From Macrostomum lignano (taxonomy: Eukaryota), in assembly GCA_002269645.1 (NCBI GenBank), contig NIVC01001981.1:152361-216360 (forward strand): 64,000 nucleotides of DNA, given 5' to 3'. Position numbers and translations under genes: made by a program. Shown one piece after another: positions 23,302 to 36,629 of this stretch (within the stretch, counting starts at the first letter, position 1; every line of letters starts with the position of its first letter). A model generated the notes under the pieces. That model saw only the letters and a program-made list of their open reading frames with translations. It was not told the origin of the DNA and did not search any database.

Positions 23302-24828
23302 CAAGGGCGTCGCCTTGTATGTTATGGTGTGGGGACAAAGTCAAGAATTCTACATGTACATGTACATTATTTTCAGAATCGGTGTTTTTGGCTCATTTGG
23401 CGCCACAGGCACTCATTTTAGCGCCGCAGGCACTCATTTTAGCGCCGCAGGCACTCATTTTAGCGCCGCAGGCACTCATTTTAGTGCTGCAGGCACTCGT
23501 TTTAGCGTCGCAGGCACTCATTTTAGCGACACAGGCCCTCATTTTAGCGCCGCAGGCACTCATTTTAGCGCCGCAGGCACTCATTTTAGCGCCGCAGGCA
23601 CTCATTTTAGCGACACAGGCACTCATTTTAGCGCCGCAGGCACTCATTTTAGCGCCGAAGGCACTCATTTTAGCGTCGCAGGCACTCATTTTAGCGCCGC
23701 AGGCACTCATTTTAGCGCCGCAGGCACTCATTTTAGCACCGCAGGCACTCATTTTAGCGTCGCAGGCACTCATTTTAGCGACACAGGCACTCATTTTAGC
23801 GCCGCAGGCACTCATTTTAGCGCCGCAGGCACTCATTTTAGCGCCGCAGGCACTCATTTTAGCGCCGCAGGCACTCATTATAGCGCCGCAGGCACTCATT
23901 TTAGCGACACAGGCACTCATTTTAGCGCCGCAGACACTCATTTTAGCGTCGCAGGCACTCATTTTAGCGCCGCAGGCACTCATTTTAGCGCCGCAGGCAC
24001 TCATTTTAGCGCCGAAGGCACTCATTTTAGCGTCGCAGGCACTCATTTTAGCGCCGCAGGCACTCATTTTAGCGCCGCAGGCACTCATTTTAGCGCTGCA
24101 GGCACTCATTTTAGCGCCGCAGGCACTCATTTTAGCGACACAGGCACTCATTTTAGCGCCGCAGACACTCATTTTAGCGTCGCAGGCACTCATTTTAGCG
24201 CCGCAGGCACTCATTTTAGCGCCGCAGGCACTCATTTTAGCGCCGAAGGCACTCATTTTAGCGTCGCAGGCACTCATTTTAGCGCCGAAGGCACTCATTT
24301 TAGCGCCGCAGGCACTCATTTTAGCACCGCAGGCACTCATTTTAGCGCCGCAGGCACTCATTTTAGCGCCGCAGGCACTCATTTTAGCGACACAGGCACT
24401 CATTTTAGCGCCGCAGGCACTCATTTTAGCGCCGAAGGCACTCATTTTAGCGTCGCAGGCACTCATTTTAGCGCCGCAGGCACTCATTTTAGCGCCGCAG
24501 GCACTCATTTTAGCGCCGAAGGCACTCATTTTAGCGTCGCAGGCACTCATTTTAGCGCCGCAGGCACTCATTTTAGCGCCGCAGGCACTCATTTTAGCAC
24601 CGCAGGCACTCATTTTAGCGCCGCAGGCACTCATTTTAGCGCTACAGACACTCATTTTCTGCGCCGCAGACGCTATATTTTGTCACCCTGAAGTAAAATT
24701 TTTGATTTCCATAGCGGAGTCACAAGGTTGGGTGGGTGGGTCAAAGCATTGGCATGTCTCCCCATAGCTTTTACTGGGGGCGGACATGTCCTCCTTGCCC
24801 CCTTGTCCCCCCGGTGGCGACGCCCCTG
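23302..24828. mobile_element. hAT-type MITE of the same family as 11036-11455, with an expanded internal satellite
   Basis: TIR CAAGGGCGTCGCC / GGCGACGCCCCTG. TSD CTCAGGAG / CTCAGGAA (7/8). Flanking arms are homologous to the 11-kb copy. Confidence 0.9.
23393..24670. repeat. 21-bp satellite, about 60 copies
   Basis: (CATTTTAGCGCCGCAGGCACT)n with GAC/GTC/GAA variants. The long ORFs on both strands are artefacts of the stop-free 21-mer. Confidence 0.97.
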
Positions 24829-25399
24829 CTCAGGAAGGTGTTCAATAAAAAAACAACTGTCGAAAGAATGCTCGAATCATGAGTCATTTGGTCGGTGAAG
24901 TGAATTTGATTTCTTCACTTGTGTGTGAATCAATAAATCTAGATCGCATTTCCCTGTTCTCCTACTCTGAATGGTTCTACGACGTATAGTCAGCAGTGTG
25001 TGAGACCTGGAATCGGTTGATAGCATTCGATGAGCATCCAGAGCTCTATCATCGTGCAAGAAGCGGTGAGCTTGTCTGATTGTCGACAGATGAATGGCCG
25101 GAGTATCCATATTGTGACATGAGTCAGTCAGTTTTTTCTCGACAATGATCGCAATGCATTCATTTGGTCAAAAATCCTGCTTGACCGTTTCAAAAAAGCA
25201 TGTTTTTCGAATATCTATTCCCTTAGCATTGAACAATTTCTAAGCCAAGACACGTGTACCGTCGCCGGAAAATTTCTAATCGAACGGTGCAAGTTCCATG
25301 AATCGTTTTTCTTAAATCAATCGCATACCTACAGACATAAAGACAACTCATTCTTAGTGTAATGGAAGACTTAAATCCTCTGCAGTAAGGCTTTTTGAG

Positions 25400-26120
25400 T
25401 TCAAAACTCTGTCTGAAATATCTCTGTCTGAAAACTCTGTTCAAATTGATCATGATGAACTGCAACAGAAGATGTCCCCCCCCCCACGTGGCTCCTTGGG
25501 CAGGTCCTGTTTTTGTAAGGGATCTTTGATCTCGCAGTCCTCATTGTTTCGCAGGCCAGTTTATTGTTTGCTAATCTAAAGGGGCGCTTTAATTCTCGAT
25601 AAGAAATTTCTAGCGCATACTTTTCAGTTACACAGTACCATTGAAACTGTAAATTAGCTCTATGGCAGGAAGGGAGACAACGAAAAGCGCTTGGTGAGAA
25701 CACGGGTGGCACAATCGAGCCCGTCAAGGTATATTTTATTGTAATACGAACACAAAAAAAATTCAACGGCGCGAGAACGAGCGATCTTAGCTCAAAGTGA
25801 GGCCTAAAAGGCACAAAACACACCACCCAACCCAGCGCCGCAAACCCACCCCCACGGGTGGAGCCAAACAACCCCTCCTAGCCAATCGCAAACGCCGGTT
25901 AGCCCACGCCGTACAAGCCGGCTAGGCAAACCGGTCATTAGCTCTATGGCAGGAAGGGAGACAACGAAAAGCGCTTGGTGAGAACACGGGTGGCACAATC
26001 GAGCCCAAAGCCAAAGCCAAAGGAGCAGTTCGGTATTGGCGCATTGAACTGGCAGTCAAATTCTCCAGACATGAACCCATCGAGCATATCTGAGACTTTG
26101 TTAAGTCCCGATACAGAAAC
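25400..26120 (+). mobile_element. Decayed Tc1/mariner transposase remnant
   Basis: About 26025-26110 reads EQFGIGALNWQSNSPDMNP(fs)IEHI*DFVKSR, matching the Tc1 WPxxSPDLNPIExxW motif. Upstream similarity is weak. Confidence 0.55.
25653..26006 (-). mobile_element. 214-bp insert flanked by perfect 70-bp direct repeats
   Basis: 25653-25722 is identical to 25937-26006. On the minus strand the insert ends ...CAATAAAATATACCTTGAC. Confidence 0.6.
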
Positions 26121-27213
26121 TAGTAGCATTAAATAAGCATTGCTTAACTTTTTTACCACGTGAAAGCGAAATTTGGAGGGTTTAGCTGTTGCTGAGTACA
26201 TATTAATGTATGCACATGTATGCCTACCCGTCATTTGACTTTGGTAAACTATGTAAATAATATATAGTAAATATTTTATATTTCATAGTAAATTTTATCC
26301 TTTTACATGTGTGTGCAAGTTGGGTCCCATCTGCAGTACTGCAAAAGTTGATACTCATACAATCGCCCTTGAGTCGGTGTTAATAAATAGGTGGGTATTG
26401 CGCTTGCTAAGACTTTTGAACCGTAATTGGACTGCAGGAGGTCTCAGGCCTTGAGTCTCAGGACTTGAGTAGACATACCATCCAGGCTACAGGTAAATAG
26501 AGTATTTTTCAGGCTATATGGTCGTGTGAGGTAGGAATGGCGAGAAAATTCCGAGTCATTCCTCAAATAAACAAACTGGCCGCCCACACTTTGTCAAGCA
26601 ATAGCTCGAAATGAGCAGAACCCGCGCCCGCTACAAATGCATGCAACTGCACAGACAATTCCTGTGCATTCACACCCAAAATTCCATTTTAGCCTTTAAG
26701 CCAGCCCCTGCTCGCGGAAATTATAGGTAGAAAACATGCTTGTGTAGCTAGCTATTGAATGCCGCACAGAGCAGAATAGCTGACAGCACTCATGCGGGGA
26801 CTTCCGCATTGTGAGCCTGCGGCCATGATTACACTGACGCTTAAAGCATTAATATAATACGGCTACTAGGCACACGTAGCTAAATGTGCATTCGTTGAGC
26901 CACTGTGTGAAATAAATTCCCACGAGAAGAGAATGAAAGATTTTCCATACCCCATGGGTGGAGATGGAAAAGCGTCGTACATGGCTGAGGTAGAAAAGTC
27001 AACACCGATCAATCTTCAAAGGCCAATGGCTGGGGGCGCCTTGCCTCAGAGCCTGCCGAATGTACACTCGCTGTGTGCTCTCGGAGCTACACTGCTTTAC
27101 TGCTGTACTTATTTTTAGGGCGTAGACAACTTCAGAGGGATTTTTAGCAGGTAACGAGTGTGATCCATATTGCCGTTATACCGGGCCTGATAAACAATCG
27201 ATACATTATAAAA

Positions 27214-29231
27214 ATGAAGTTCGAAGTTAGACTTATCCGTTTTGTAATCATTGCCAGCTTTTGTTCTATCAGTAAGTAAGGGTTGACTGGGTCTAAATTT
27301 AGTCTAAGTTTTGTCTACTCATTTGGGTGTTTGAATGTACTAGCGTACATGTAAAACGTAAACTTTTACATGCACGAGCGTATTATGCTTCTTCTGCAAT
27401 TTTAACTCATCAGGCCCGTCAGATGCGGCTAATTGCTCAACCGTCACCTGTTACAACGGAGGCACCTGCAACAACTACACAGACAGTCCTCCCTGTCTCT
27501 GCCCGCTGCCCTACATCGCACCTTACTGCTCAGCTGCTGCAGACTACTGCTTCACCCTGCAGCCTGACAAGAACATCACTGAGCTGCCAGTGTGCCTGAA
27601 TGGCGGCAACTGCACTTTAACATACACTGATCCTTACTTCAATTGCACTTGCCCGAGTGGAACTACAGGTGACTAAGTAAAATGCTAACAATATTACAAA
27701 AAAACAATATTACTCGTGATACAGCTCAGATATTGTCGGGTATGTTGGGACGGCATGGTCACTTTCAAAATCTCGAAACTCATACTGTTAGATTGAAACC
27801 GTCGATATGAAGCTTCGCGTTTATGAAAGCAAGCAGCAAAACCCTTTCAATAACTTTGAAGTTTCGAAGGTTGTCTGCACTTTTATCGAAAGCGACAAAG
27901 CCTTCCTTGAATACTGAGATACACTTAGCAGACGTAACGTCGTCTCTTAAAAAAGTCGAATCTTAGCAAAATATTCGCTTTCATTGTCCAGGGCTGAGGT
28001 GCAATAAGAAAGTGTCCGAACCGACTGACGAAATTGGTAAGATACCACCAGCACTTGGCTCCACTTAATTTACCATCTTTCGAGCGCATCAAATTGCGCT
28101 TAAAATGCAAAATGCGCTCACCTAACTGCATTTACAGAGTATAGATTGAGCGCAGCCGCAACTGCCGGCATCGCGGTTGGCGTCGTCGTCGGCGTCGGGG
28201 CTTCCGTCTCTCTGGCTGTCTTTGCTGTGCATCGAGCATCTGGACGGTCCAGATTTAGTTTATGCTGCTGCTCAAAAGTAAGCTTTTTCCCATACCTGTG
28301 CAAAGCGGTTTTAACTGGTATTAGACCTAGTAGTAGTAGCTGTAGTCATTACATGTAGTCATCATTTAATGAATCGATTGAGTTAAGACATCGCTTTGAT
28401 TATGAGTAGCTACTGATAATCTATATGCAAACGTGCAGTTTCAATTGCATGTTGCAGTAAGAGAATGACTGGGATTTAGCAACACGTTGCCGTTAAATAT
28501 TGAAAAACTTTTTCTCCACAGTTTTGAAGATCTCAAATGTTCTAAAAGTCCATTATCTTAGTCTATTAAGGCTACCAGGCTAAAATGCATGCTCAAGTTA
28601 CGAAGTCAAGTCAAGTCAGGGACTCTGTATAGGAACTTGCAAGCCAGTCAACAATTTATTCTTTTGTCATACCTGTGGCCATTGCAAGGCACCTATCTAA
28701 AGTCTCACGGCTCATTAATTGTTTTATAACCTCCGGGTTTAACTCAACTGAAAGGAGCAGTGCAGTTCACGCGTCTGACTGTCGCGCTTGTGCACGAAAA
28801 TTGTCCAGTGGGTTTTCGTGCGATCCAGAGTGTTCATCTACATGCATGAAGATTAGAAAGTCATGACCGCTGTTCAACCTTGTGTGTATGAATGCGTGCC
28901 TGCGAATTTATGTGCTTAGGAGTCAGCGGAATGGCCGTAAGCTTGGTTGCGGAACGATTACAATTTCGCCAAGGCGGTGCACCAGAATGCCTACAGTCCT
29001 GCTCCAATTATTACTATTATTAACTCAACTGAATTGCATTGACATTGACTTTTTAGTAAGTCAAAAAATTAATTGTTTGAATTTCAGAAAATCTGTCCAA
29101 CTTCACAGCAACAGTCGCATGTAGCTTACAACAATGAAGGAGGCAACTTTGACGACAATTCAGCATGCAAAACCAACGGTGGCTTAGGCAGCGGTTCAGC
29201 CCATCACCAGGATCAACAAATAAGTGCCTAA
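27214..29231 (+). CDS. Type I membrane protein A: signal peptide, 2 EGF-like domains, transmembrane helix, short tail
   Basis: Exons 27214-27271, 27414-27668, 28138-28277 and 29088-29231 are phase compatible (1,1,0). Motifs: CYNGGTC, CLNGGNC, transmembrane AGIAVGVVVGVGASVSLAVFAV, juxtamembrane CCC, tail KICPTSQQQ. Confidence 0.75.
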
Positions 29232-30440
29232 GTAACTTTGTTGGCAGACTTTTGGAGAAAAAACGTATGAGTTTGAATTAAACTCGATCATGCATGTACA
29301 CTGTGCATATTGAATAAATTACAGTATAATGAAGTTCTGTACTAAGTAATTCCAATTCATTACATACACGGCATTTTCGGTGTAAAATATTCAAAATTTT
29401 CGGTGAAAGGACCGCGTGATATTAGTGCGCAGGTACGGGGAAAGTGTGTGCATAAAGCGTGCAAGCAATTTCTATCATATAATGGCTTAATCTTGCGCCA
29501 GTTTGTGCCTGTCAAACTGCACGCTCAATCATGCATTCCGCTTGTGCATATCGTTTCACAATTATTATAAATTCGTATTGAGGAATGACTAACATGTAAC
29601 GCTGTATTGACCTACCTAGCTGTTCACCGAAGTCTCATTCTCTCTGACTCAGAGAACATTTTATTATTAAACAATTAATTTATTATTCAATACAACTAAC
29701 TTGACGAAACTTCGGTAATGTACATATGATCCGGTAGTTTACTCTCTAAGTATGTTCATTCCTGTATCAGTATCACATTGTATAGATTCATTTTTTGGAA
29801 CACTCTTTTAATATACGTAGCTATATATTGCCACGTTTAACTGTGTTTTTTGTGTTGTTCTTCCTAGGAACCTTCGGGGTCCGTTTAAGTATTGTTAAGG
29901 TTTACATGATTTGTTTTAAGTCTGGATTTTATTTCATAGCCATAGCAAATGAATTTTTTGCTCACATGCAGTGAAATCCTGGAACTGGAATGTGTACGCA
30001 CTACACCCATATAACAAAAGCGAGCTACACACAGGTATTTAAAAGACCAATGTTTTCCATGCTTTTTTGCCGGTAAGAATAAAAATGCATGAGTTTTTAA
30101 CCATATTTCTTATTTTATACGGTTTGAATGGACGATGCAGATATTAAGTTTTAATTATTTCCTTCTTACTGGACTAGCTAGTAAACGGATAGCAGACTGT
30201 ATATTGTACTCGTAGCCAGGGGTGTCGGAACCGGGAGGGCACGGGGGGGGGGCTGGAGCCCCCTCACTTTTTAGCATGATCCAGCAAGTGCCCTTTTTGA
30301 ATTTTAAGCAAGTGTCGGCCGGTTTTCGGCTTTGGCTTTTCTGAGTCTTAGAAGCTAAGGGCTGATATAATAGTTAATGTTGTTCTCAATCCCATTCACT
30401 ACAGTTTTATCTAATGTGCCTAAGCCTAGTGCCTTTAGTG

Positions 30441-31453
30441 CAGGAGTCAGCAAAGTTTTTACCTCAAGGGCCAGATTAATGAACCTAGCGCGGCGCAATG
30501 ACTGCCCTTCTGGGTCTGCTTCCCTGGGCCCCTAAATGAAACGCGCCCAGGAGTCCCTAGTTATTGCAGGCAAGAGAAGGGAGAGGATAGGGAATAGAGA
30601 AGAGAACTATACGAGTACGAGCGTAGGAGAAAGGAGAGGCTAAGGAATAAAGGAGAAGAGAGTAGACGAGAAGAGAGATAAATAGAAGAGGGGAGATGAA
30701 TGAGGAGAGTCGAGATTTAAGAGAGAGGAGAGATGGAGGGAAGGTGAAGAGAATGGAGAGAAAAAGGGAGATGAGAGATGATACGAGCTAAGAGAGGAGA
30801 GGAGATGGTAAGAGAGGAGAGGGGAGGAAAAGGAGAGGTAAGAAGAGGAAAGGAGAGAGGAGAGGAGATAGGTGAGGAGATGAGAGGAGAGGAGAGAGGA
30901 GAGGAGAGGAGAGGAGATAGGTGAGGAGATGAGAGGAGAGGAGAGAGGAGAGGAGAGGAGAGGAGAGGAGATAGGTGAGGAGATGAGAGGAGAGGAGAGG
31001 AGAGAGGTGAGAAGAGGAAAGGAGAGAGGAGAGGAGATAGGTGAGGAGATGAGATGAGAGGAAAGAGGAGAGGAGAGGAGAGGAGATAGGTGAGGAGAGG
31101 AGAGAGGAGAGGAGATAGGTGAGGAGAGGAGAGAGGAGAGGAGAGAGGTGAGAAGAGGAAAGGAGAGAGGAGAGGATATGGGTGAGGAGATGAGATGAGA
31201 GGAGAGAGGAGAGGACAGGAGAGGAGAGGAGAGAGGAGATATGTGAGGAGATGAGAGGAGATGAGATGAGAGGAGAGAGGAGAGGAGAGGAGATAATATG
31301 AGAAGAGAAAGGTGAGGAAAGAGAGCTGAGAAGAGACAAACATCGAGTGGGCCGGATCGCTATTGTGAAGATTTAAAGGATCTGAGGGCCGGACAGAGAT
31401 CAGAGGCTTTGCAGGCCACATTTGGCCCTCAGGCCGTAGTTTGCCGACCCCTG
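30441..31453. mobile_element. Nested hAT (Charlie-like) MITE carrying a GA-rich microsatellite
   Basis: TIR CAGGAGTCAGCAAA / TTTGCCGACCCCTG. TSD is degenerate (5/8). Confidence 0.75.
30580..31340. repeat. Polypurine (GAGAG/GGAGA)n microsatellite with higher-order units
   Basis: Almost pure G/A on the plus strand, with recurring AGGAGATAGGTGAGGAGATGAG. Confidence 0.95.
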
Positions 31454-32531
31454 TTTCTGTGTTTACCGTTTCGCTTTATCGTCTCTGATCGAAATTCCGA
31501 GTCCGCCGCAATCCCAAGACTTCAACTGCTGCTGGCGCTGCAACTAAAATCACTAAAATACAATACCGTCAGCTAAAAGAATAGAGTCAGCAGCAAGAGG
31601 AACTGAAGTAGAGAACCAGGAAACTACTGGTCTTGCCCTTGCAATTTTCATTCATTTGAGATATTTACTAAAGAAATTGATAATGCAATTTTCGCAATGT
31701 TTGAATCAGTTGAAAATTTGGACATTTTCAGACTTGTCCACTTTCAACACAGAATTGAATATCGGCCTGGTTGTCACAATTTCACAAACTGATATACTGC
31801 AGGAGTTTGGGTGCCCTTAGATTAAAAGAAATTATGTGCAATGTGCCCTCCCACCAATAGCCCCCCCCTCACTTTGAAATATGTTCCGTCACCGCTGCTC
31901 GTAGCTCGTAATAATGGTTAATTTTGTACGTATATAGCCAGCTATTTGCAAAATGCATTCAACTTGCCAGCATTTACATTTGTCGACGTTGTATAGAACC
32001 GTACGTACAGTGTATTTGGGATCTGGGATTTCATGTCAGCAAAATGGGGAACTTCATATGCACACCTCGACTCCCACAACGATTTTATTGCATGCTACAT
32101 TCTCCGTTGCTAAGGCAGCAAGTACAATTGTACATCCAATGCAAGGGAAGACGAGGAAGAGTCTAGCTACTGCAGGGAAGGTGGGGGAATTGGGAAGGGG
32201 ATTAGAAAGGGGGAGAGAACAGACCGCGCGAGAGCTGGACTCTAGCTATAATTGATTTCCACCCAACCAAGAGCTCAGCTCACGACTCATGCTCAGGATC
32301 GTCTAGTCATGGGGTGTGGTTGTTTCAGAGCCTGTACTTCTGTTTACGTCAAACTCAACCTGTGTACATTCCTTGTACTCTTGACTACGGCCAGAGAACC
32401 GCGCGGAAGCGCTTGAATTGTTAATGTTCTATTGTTTTTAACTGATTAACTCCTCATAGCAACTGCGGAAGCATTCAATTTACAGTACTGTTCACTAATC
32501 GTTATAATCGAAATTGAATCCAGATTGCAAA

Positions 32532-35343
32532 ATGCTCAACATCGGCAGTTCAGTTGGAATCCTAACGATTGTACTGAGAGTTTGTTTGCTAATCTGTAAG
32601 TTTCGCTTTTTGTCTCAAGTTGAAAGATGAGAACAGAGAATTGTCAAATCGAGAAGAACACCTGCAATAGCGTAGCCTCATCCTTATAAGAAGCTATGAA
32701 AAATTAGGGAATACGATAAAATCTTGTTGGCATTTTATAGAGCTTCGGCTCCTGTAATGGATTACAAGTATTGATACGAGACATCTACTTAAGATTATTG
32801 ATTTTTCTTTTCACCTTATCAGGTCCGTCAGATGCGGCTAATTGTTCAACCGTCATCTGCCATAACGGAGGCACCTGCAACAACTTCACAGAAAGCCCTC
32901 CCTGTCTCTGCCCGCTGCCCTACATCGCACCGTACTGCGAATCAGCTGCGGACTACTGCTTCACCCTGCAGCCTGACAAGAACATCACTGAGCTGCCAGT
33001 GTGCCTGAATGGCGGCAACTGCACTTTAACATACACTGATCCTTACTTCAATTGCACTTGCCCGAGTGGAACTTCAGGTGACTAAAATCTTTTTTGCTCG
33101 TGACCTTCATTTAAATGTATGCTTTTGATAGCTCAACTAAATTCATAACCGTGCTCGAATGATTTATTTGATTCTCTAACAATTTTAATACTTTGCGTTG
33201 CAAATGAACATGACATAAACAATAAACATTCACATCCAAAACCATCTTATTGTATTGATTGTACACAGGAATCAGATGCTATAATGAAACAGACGCGTCA
33301 TCGCCAGTCACAACTGTCAGCTCTACTACCAGTAAGTTTTGTGCATTAATTTATTTAACCGGTTTCCTTTAAATTAACTGTAAGTGGCTTTGACAACAAA
33401 ATTGATCCAAAACTCAATTTCAGCTTCAAGCAGCAGTACTTCGACAATTTTGGCACCAGAAACAACTACCATTACTAATAGTAAGATACTGTTATTTAAT
33501 AATTGGTTCTGTCTTTGTTAACAAGCAGAAGTAGATACTTACCAGGTAGCTAATTGCTGCAAGCTCCCGCAGTTTGGATACCTTTTTTATACGAGAGTAC
33601 CTTTGCATTTTCAGCTAACACCTTGACCAGCACGATCAGCAGTACGACAACGGAGAGTTCGACCACACGAAATTCATTGACTAATCGTAAGATATCTACA
33701 GCTGTTGTCTTCAATTATGATTTTCTTGTTAAATTGCATTTAATATTAGCATATTTTTTGTGCAATTTCTACAGCCACCAACGTGAGTGCGGCTGGTATT
33801 GCTGGCATTACAGTTGGTGCCATTGCTTTCATTGGACTTTTGATTTTAACCATTTACCTGGTGTACCGAAGGCCTAAACGGTTAACGAAAGTTTTTCCAT
33901 GTTGCAATTCGGTAAGTTCCAATCCTGTTTGGCACACTTTTATTTCCTTTTTGTGACGTTCCGAAGGAGGCATTTACAATTAATTGAATTAAATTAGACT
34001 GTGAGATGAGGAAGCTCACGTTTTAAATCTTCCGTTAGCTTTGGCATTGGAGTGAATGGGTGCTTGAATTCAATGCAATGACGAGCTGATGTGAATCGAA
34101 CCCTGGCCACTTCAGCAGCAAGATTTAAATTAGGTTAATAATAATAATACACTCGTAATAATTATTGATTACACCTGTCCTAATGGGCAGATGGGCAACC
34201 GACAGCTCAGCCGCAACTATTGCGCACGGCTAATGCTGGCACCCATTGTTTTACAGCTGGGTGAACTGAAGCAATGCAGAGTTAAGTGTCTTGCTTAAGG
34301 ACACTAATTGTTCCGAGTGGGTCGACAATCGAACCCACGACCTTTCAGTCGTGAGTCCGACGCTCTAGCCACTAGGCTACAACCTTAGGCAAATGAAGCA
34401 GGTGTGTGTTTTCTGAGATGCAGTCGCATGTCTTTTAGCTATTTTTGTGAGATGCTACCAGAGACCTTGCTTTTTTGACGAGATTTTGACAGTTCCTGTC
34501 TAGAAATGCTTTTAGAAATAAAACTGTATTTAAATTGTTGCCACAGCTCCAAAACAAAATTTTCTGAATGTTTTTTTCTTGACAAACCGATGAGTGCAAC
34601 TGCAACCTCGAAGGAAACACATACTGGCTTTAGTTGCAATTTAAAAGTCCATAAGGTAGGATATTGGCAGTTTTATGTCAAAGAAATGGCACGGCAAAAT
34701 TGGCACTATTTGCGAGTGAAGTGTCTTTCTGATTTATAGTTGAGGATATTTCAGGTGGCTTGGAATGGTTAAATCAGCTTTGGAACCTCGGTAAAACAAC
34801 TACGAGTTGTTTACTAATTAAGAGCTACTTGCAAAAACTTTATTTATCGCCAAATCTAAACATCAAATTTTCAGAAAGCATATGCAGGTAAAAATCTAAC
34901 CAGTTGCAAGTAACAAAACACCTGCTTGTAGGGTTCACTTCACGACACACAAAATAGCGTCTTTAGGAAAGGAAAAGCCATGTTCATTTCATACTTGTAA
35001 ACTAATTTTGGACGTTCTCAGCAACTGTCACATTCCGATAGCAACTTTGTACGCATGCAAGCATATTAGTATAGTCACTTTGGTCAATTGGCTACTTTAA
35101 ACAAATAAAAGATTTTGTTTATATTAATGAAGCGAACAGTTTCTAAGACAAATCATATAAACCCACAAAATTTCGACACAAAAATTTCAGAAAATCTGCC
35201 CAACGGCTCAGCAGCAACTTGCTGAGTCCGGCCCGGACTTTGGCCGCACTCTCAAATCCGATGGAAGCTTAGACGGCGGTCTCAGCCCGGGTCCGAGTCA
35301 GCAGAATGATTCTTATCAACATTCGAATCCGCAATTCGCATAA
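32532..35343 (+). CDS. Type I membrane protein B: signal peptide, 2 EGF-like domains, Ser/Thr mucin stalk, transmembrane helix, tail
   Basis: Exons 32532-32595, 32823-33077, 33269-33331, 33424-33480, 33615-33686, 33775-33911 and 35191-35343 are all GT-AG and phase compatible. Exon 3 (GIRC) completes EGF2 as CxCx8C. The tail reads KICPTAQQQ...YQHSNPQFA*. Confidence 0.85.
34139..34384 (-). mobile_element. tRNA-derived SINE with CORE/V-like body
   Basis: Head GGTTGTAGCCTAGTGGCTAGAGCG...GGTTCGATT (A and B boxes), body GTGTCCTTAAGCAAGACACTTAAC and (TAT)n tail. Homologous to 48201-48450. Confidence 0.85.
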
Positions 35344-36629
35344 GTGCTGGGAAGACTGAGCCGACTCCATGTTGTCATTTGCAAGTTTATCAACGAAGAA
35401 CTGTAACTACGGGTCCCGTAATTTGATCATTGGTTATGGGTATTTGAAAGGTTGTCATTGCATCCGGGTTGTGCTTTTATATAAACTTGTTTGCAATGCT
35501 ACCACGGATTTTTATCAAAGTTCAAAAAGCTTTAAAAATGCTTTGCACTCACATATCACAGATTCCCCAGCTTCATCACTCAAGCCTTAAAACTTTGTTC
35601 CCATAATCTCGCCAAAAACTATTTATTCCTTTTGACACCATGATTTTCTTCCTCTTATATTTTAAAAAAACTTGTCTCTTTTAAAGATTTGTACTAACTA
35701 GATGTACTTTCATTTTTTCGTAAGTTCATCGGTTGTGTAAAAATGGAGTCGATGACTCCCGGTGAACACAAACCTGCATGGTGTTTGTCTTACTCGTGGC
35801 TTGTCCATTTGATCTGATTATGTCGCATGTGTGTTGTAATATTAATTTTATTATGCCTTTTTATGCATGCTTTTTTACACTATACTACTATACCTAATTG
35901 CTTGATACGGACTTGTAAAACTTTTTATTTCATAGTCTTGAAGACAAGTTACTTATTTCTAAGAAAATCGTGAAAAGCGTCTTCTTACTTCTGTTGGCCA
36001 TGGCACTGTAATGTACATATTACTATACATGTCGTAAGTTTGTTTTCTGTACAAGTTCTGTTGTACAAAAAGCAAATATATTTACGCGAATGCTTTTAGA
36101 AATGAACGGATCTTATCCCTATGCTCAATGTTACTGGGCCTATAATCGACTTGTGTAGATTTGATAGCTTTACACTTTTGTTGCTGTTAGGGTATACGAG
36201 TATATTGTATAGTCATTGAAGTATACAGTAAATACACAGTATTTGTCTTTTCAGAAGTTTTTCATATTGTTGATTATTTATGCCAAACATTTACGCTTAA
36301 TGCAATTTTCAAAAAGTTAAAAGCAATATGTTTGTTCGAAATTTCCCTGTCCACTATCATTAAGAAATCATCGAGGAGCTGTGTGAAACTGACGTCAGAT
36401 ACAGGAGGTATATTTTATAGATATGAATCTATAAGTTTAGCATGCACTTTGTCAAGCCGCTCCATGTATTTGATCCATATAGGTGCAACGTTCTAGTGAA
36501 ATCTGGAACACTACTGAGTAGCTCAAGGTAGCTGATTAAAACCTGTGTGTGTTTTAGTGCTGTTGTGCAGACTCAATAAGCTGATCTTAACAATCTTTAC
36601 AATCTTAATAATCTCGCTACTTATACTAG

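Larger units (their letters stand above)
30217..31897. mobile_element. hAT-type MITE (outer) hosting a nested MITE
   Basis: TIR CAGGGGTGTCGGAAC / GTTCCGTCACCGCTG (13/15). Perfect TSD CTCGTAGC at 30209-30216 and 31898-31905. Confidence 0.88.

Noticed and set aside
23393-24670. CRISPR-like array
   Set aside because: Head-to-tail repeats with no unique spacers, no cas genes and a eukaryotic context. The same applies to the 29-, 39- and 41-bp arrays.
23276-24767. 420-480-aa ORFs in several frames (AAGTHFS, PQALILA, KMSACGA repeats)
   Set aside because: Produced by a stop-free 21-bp satellite inside a MITE; open on both strands, so not evidence of coding.
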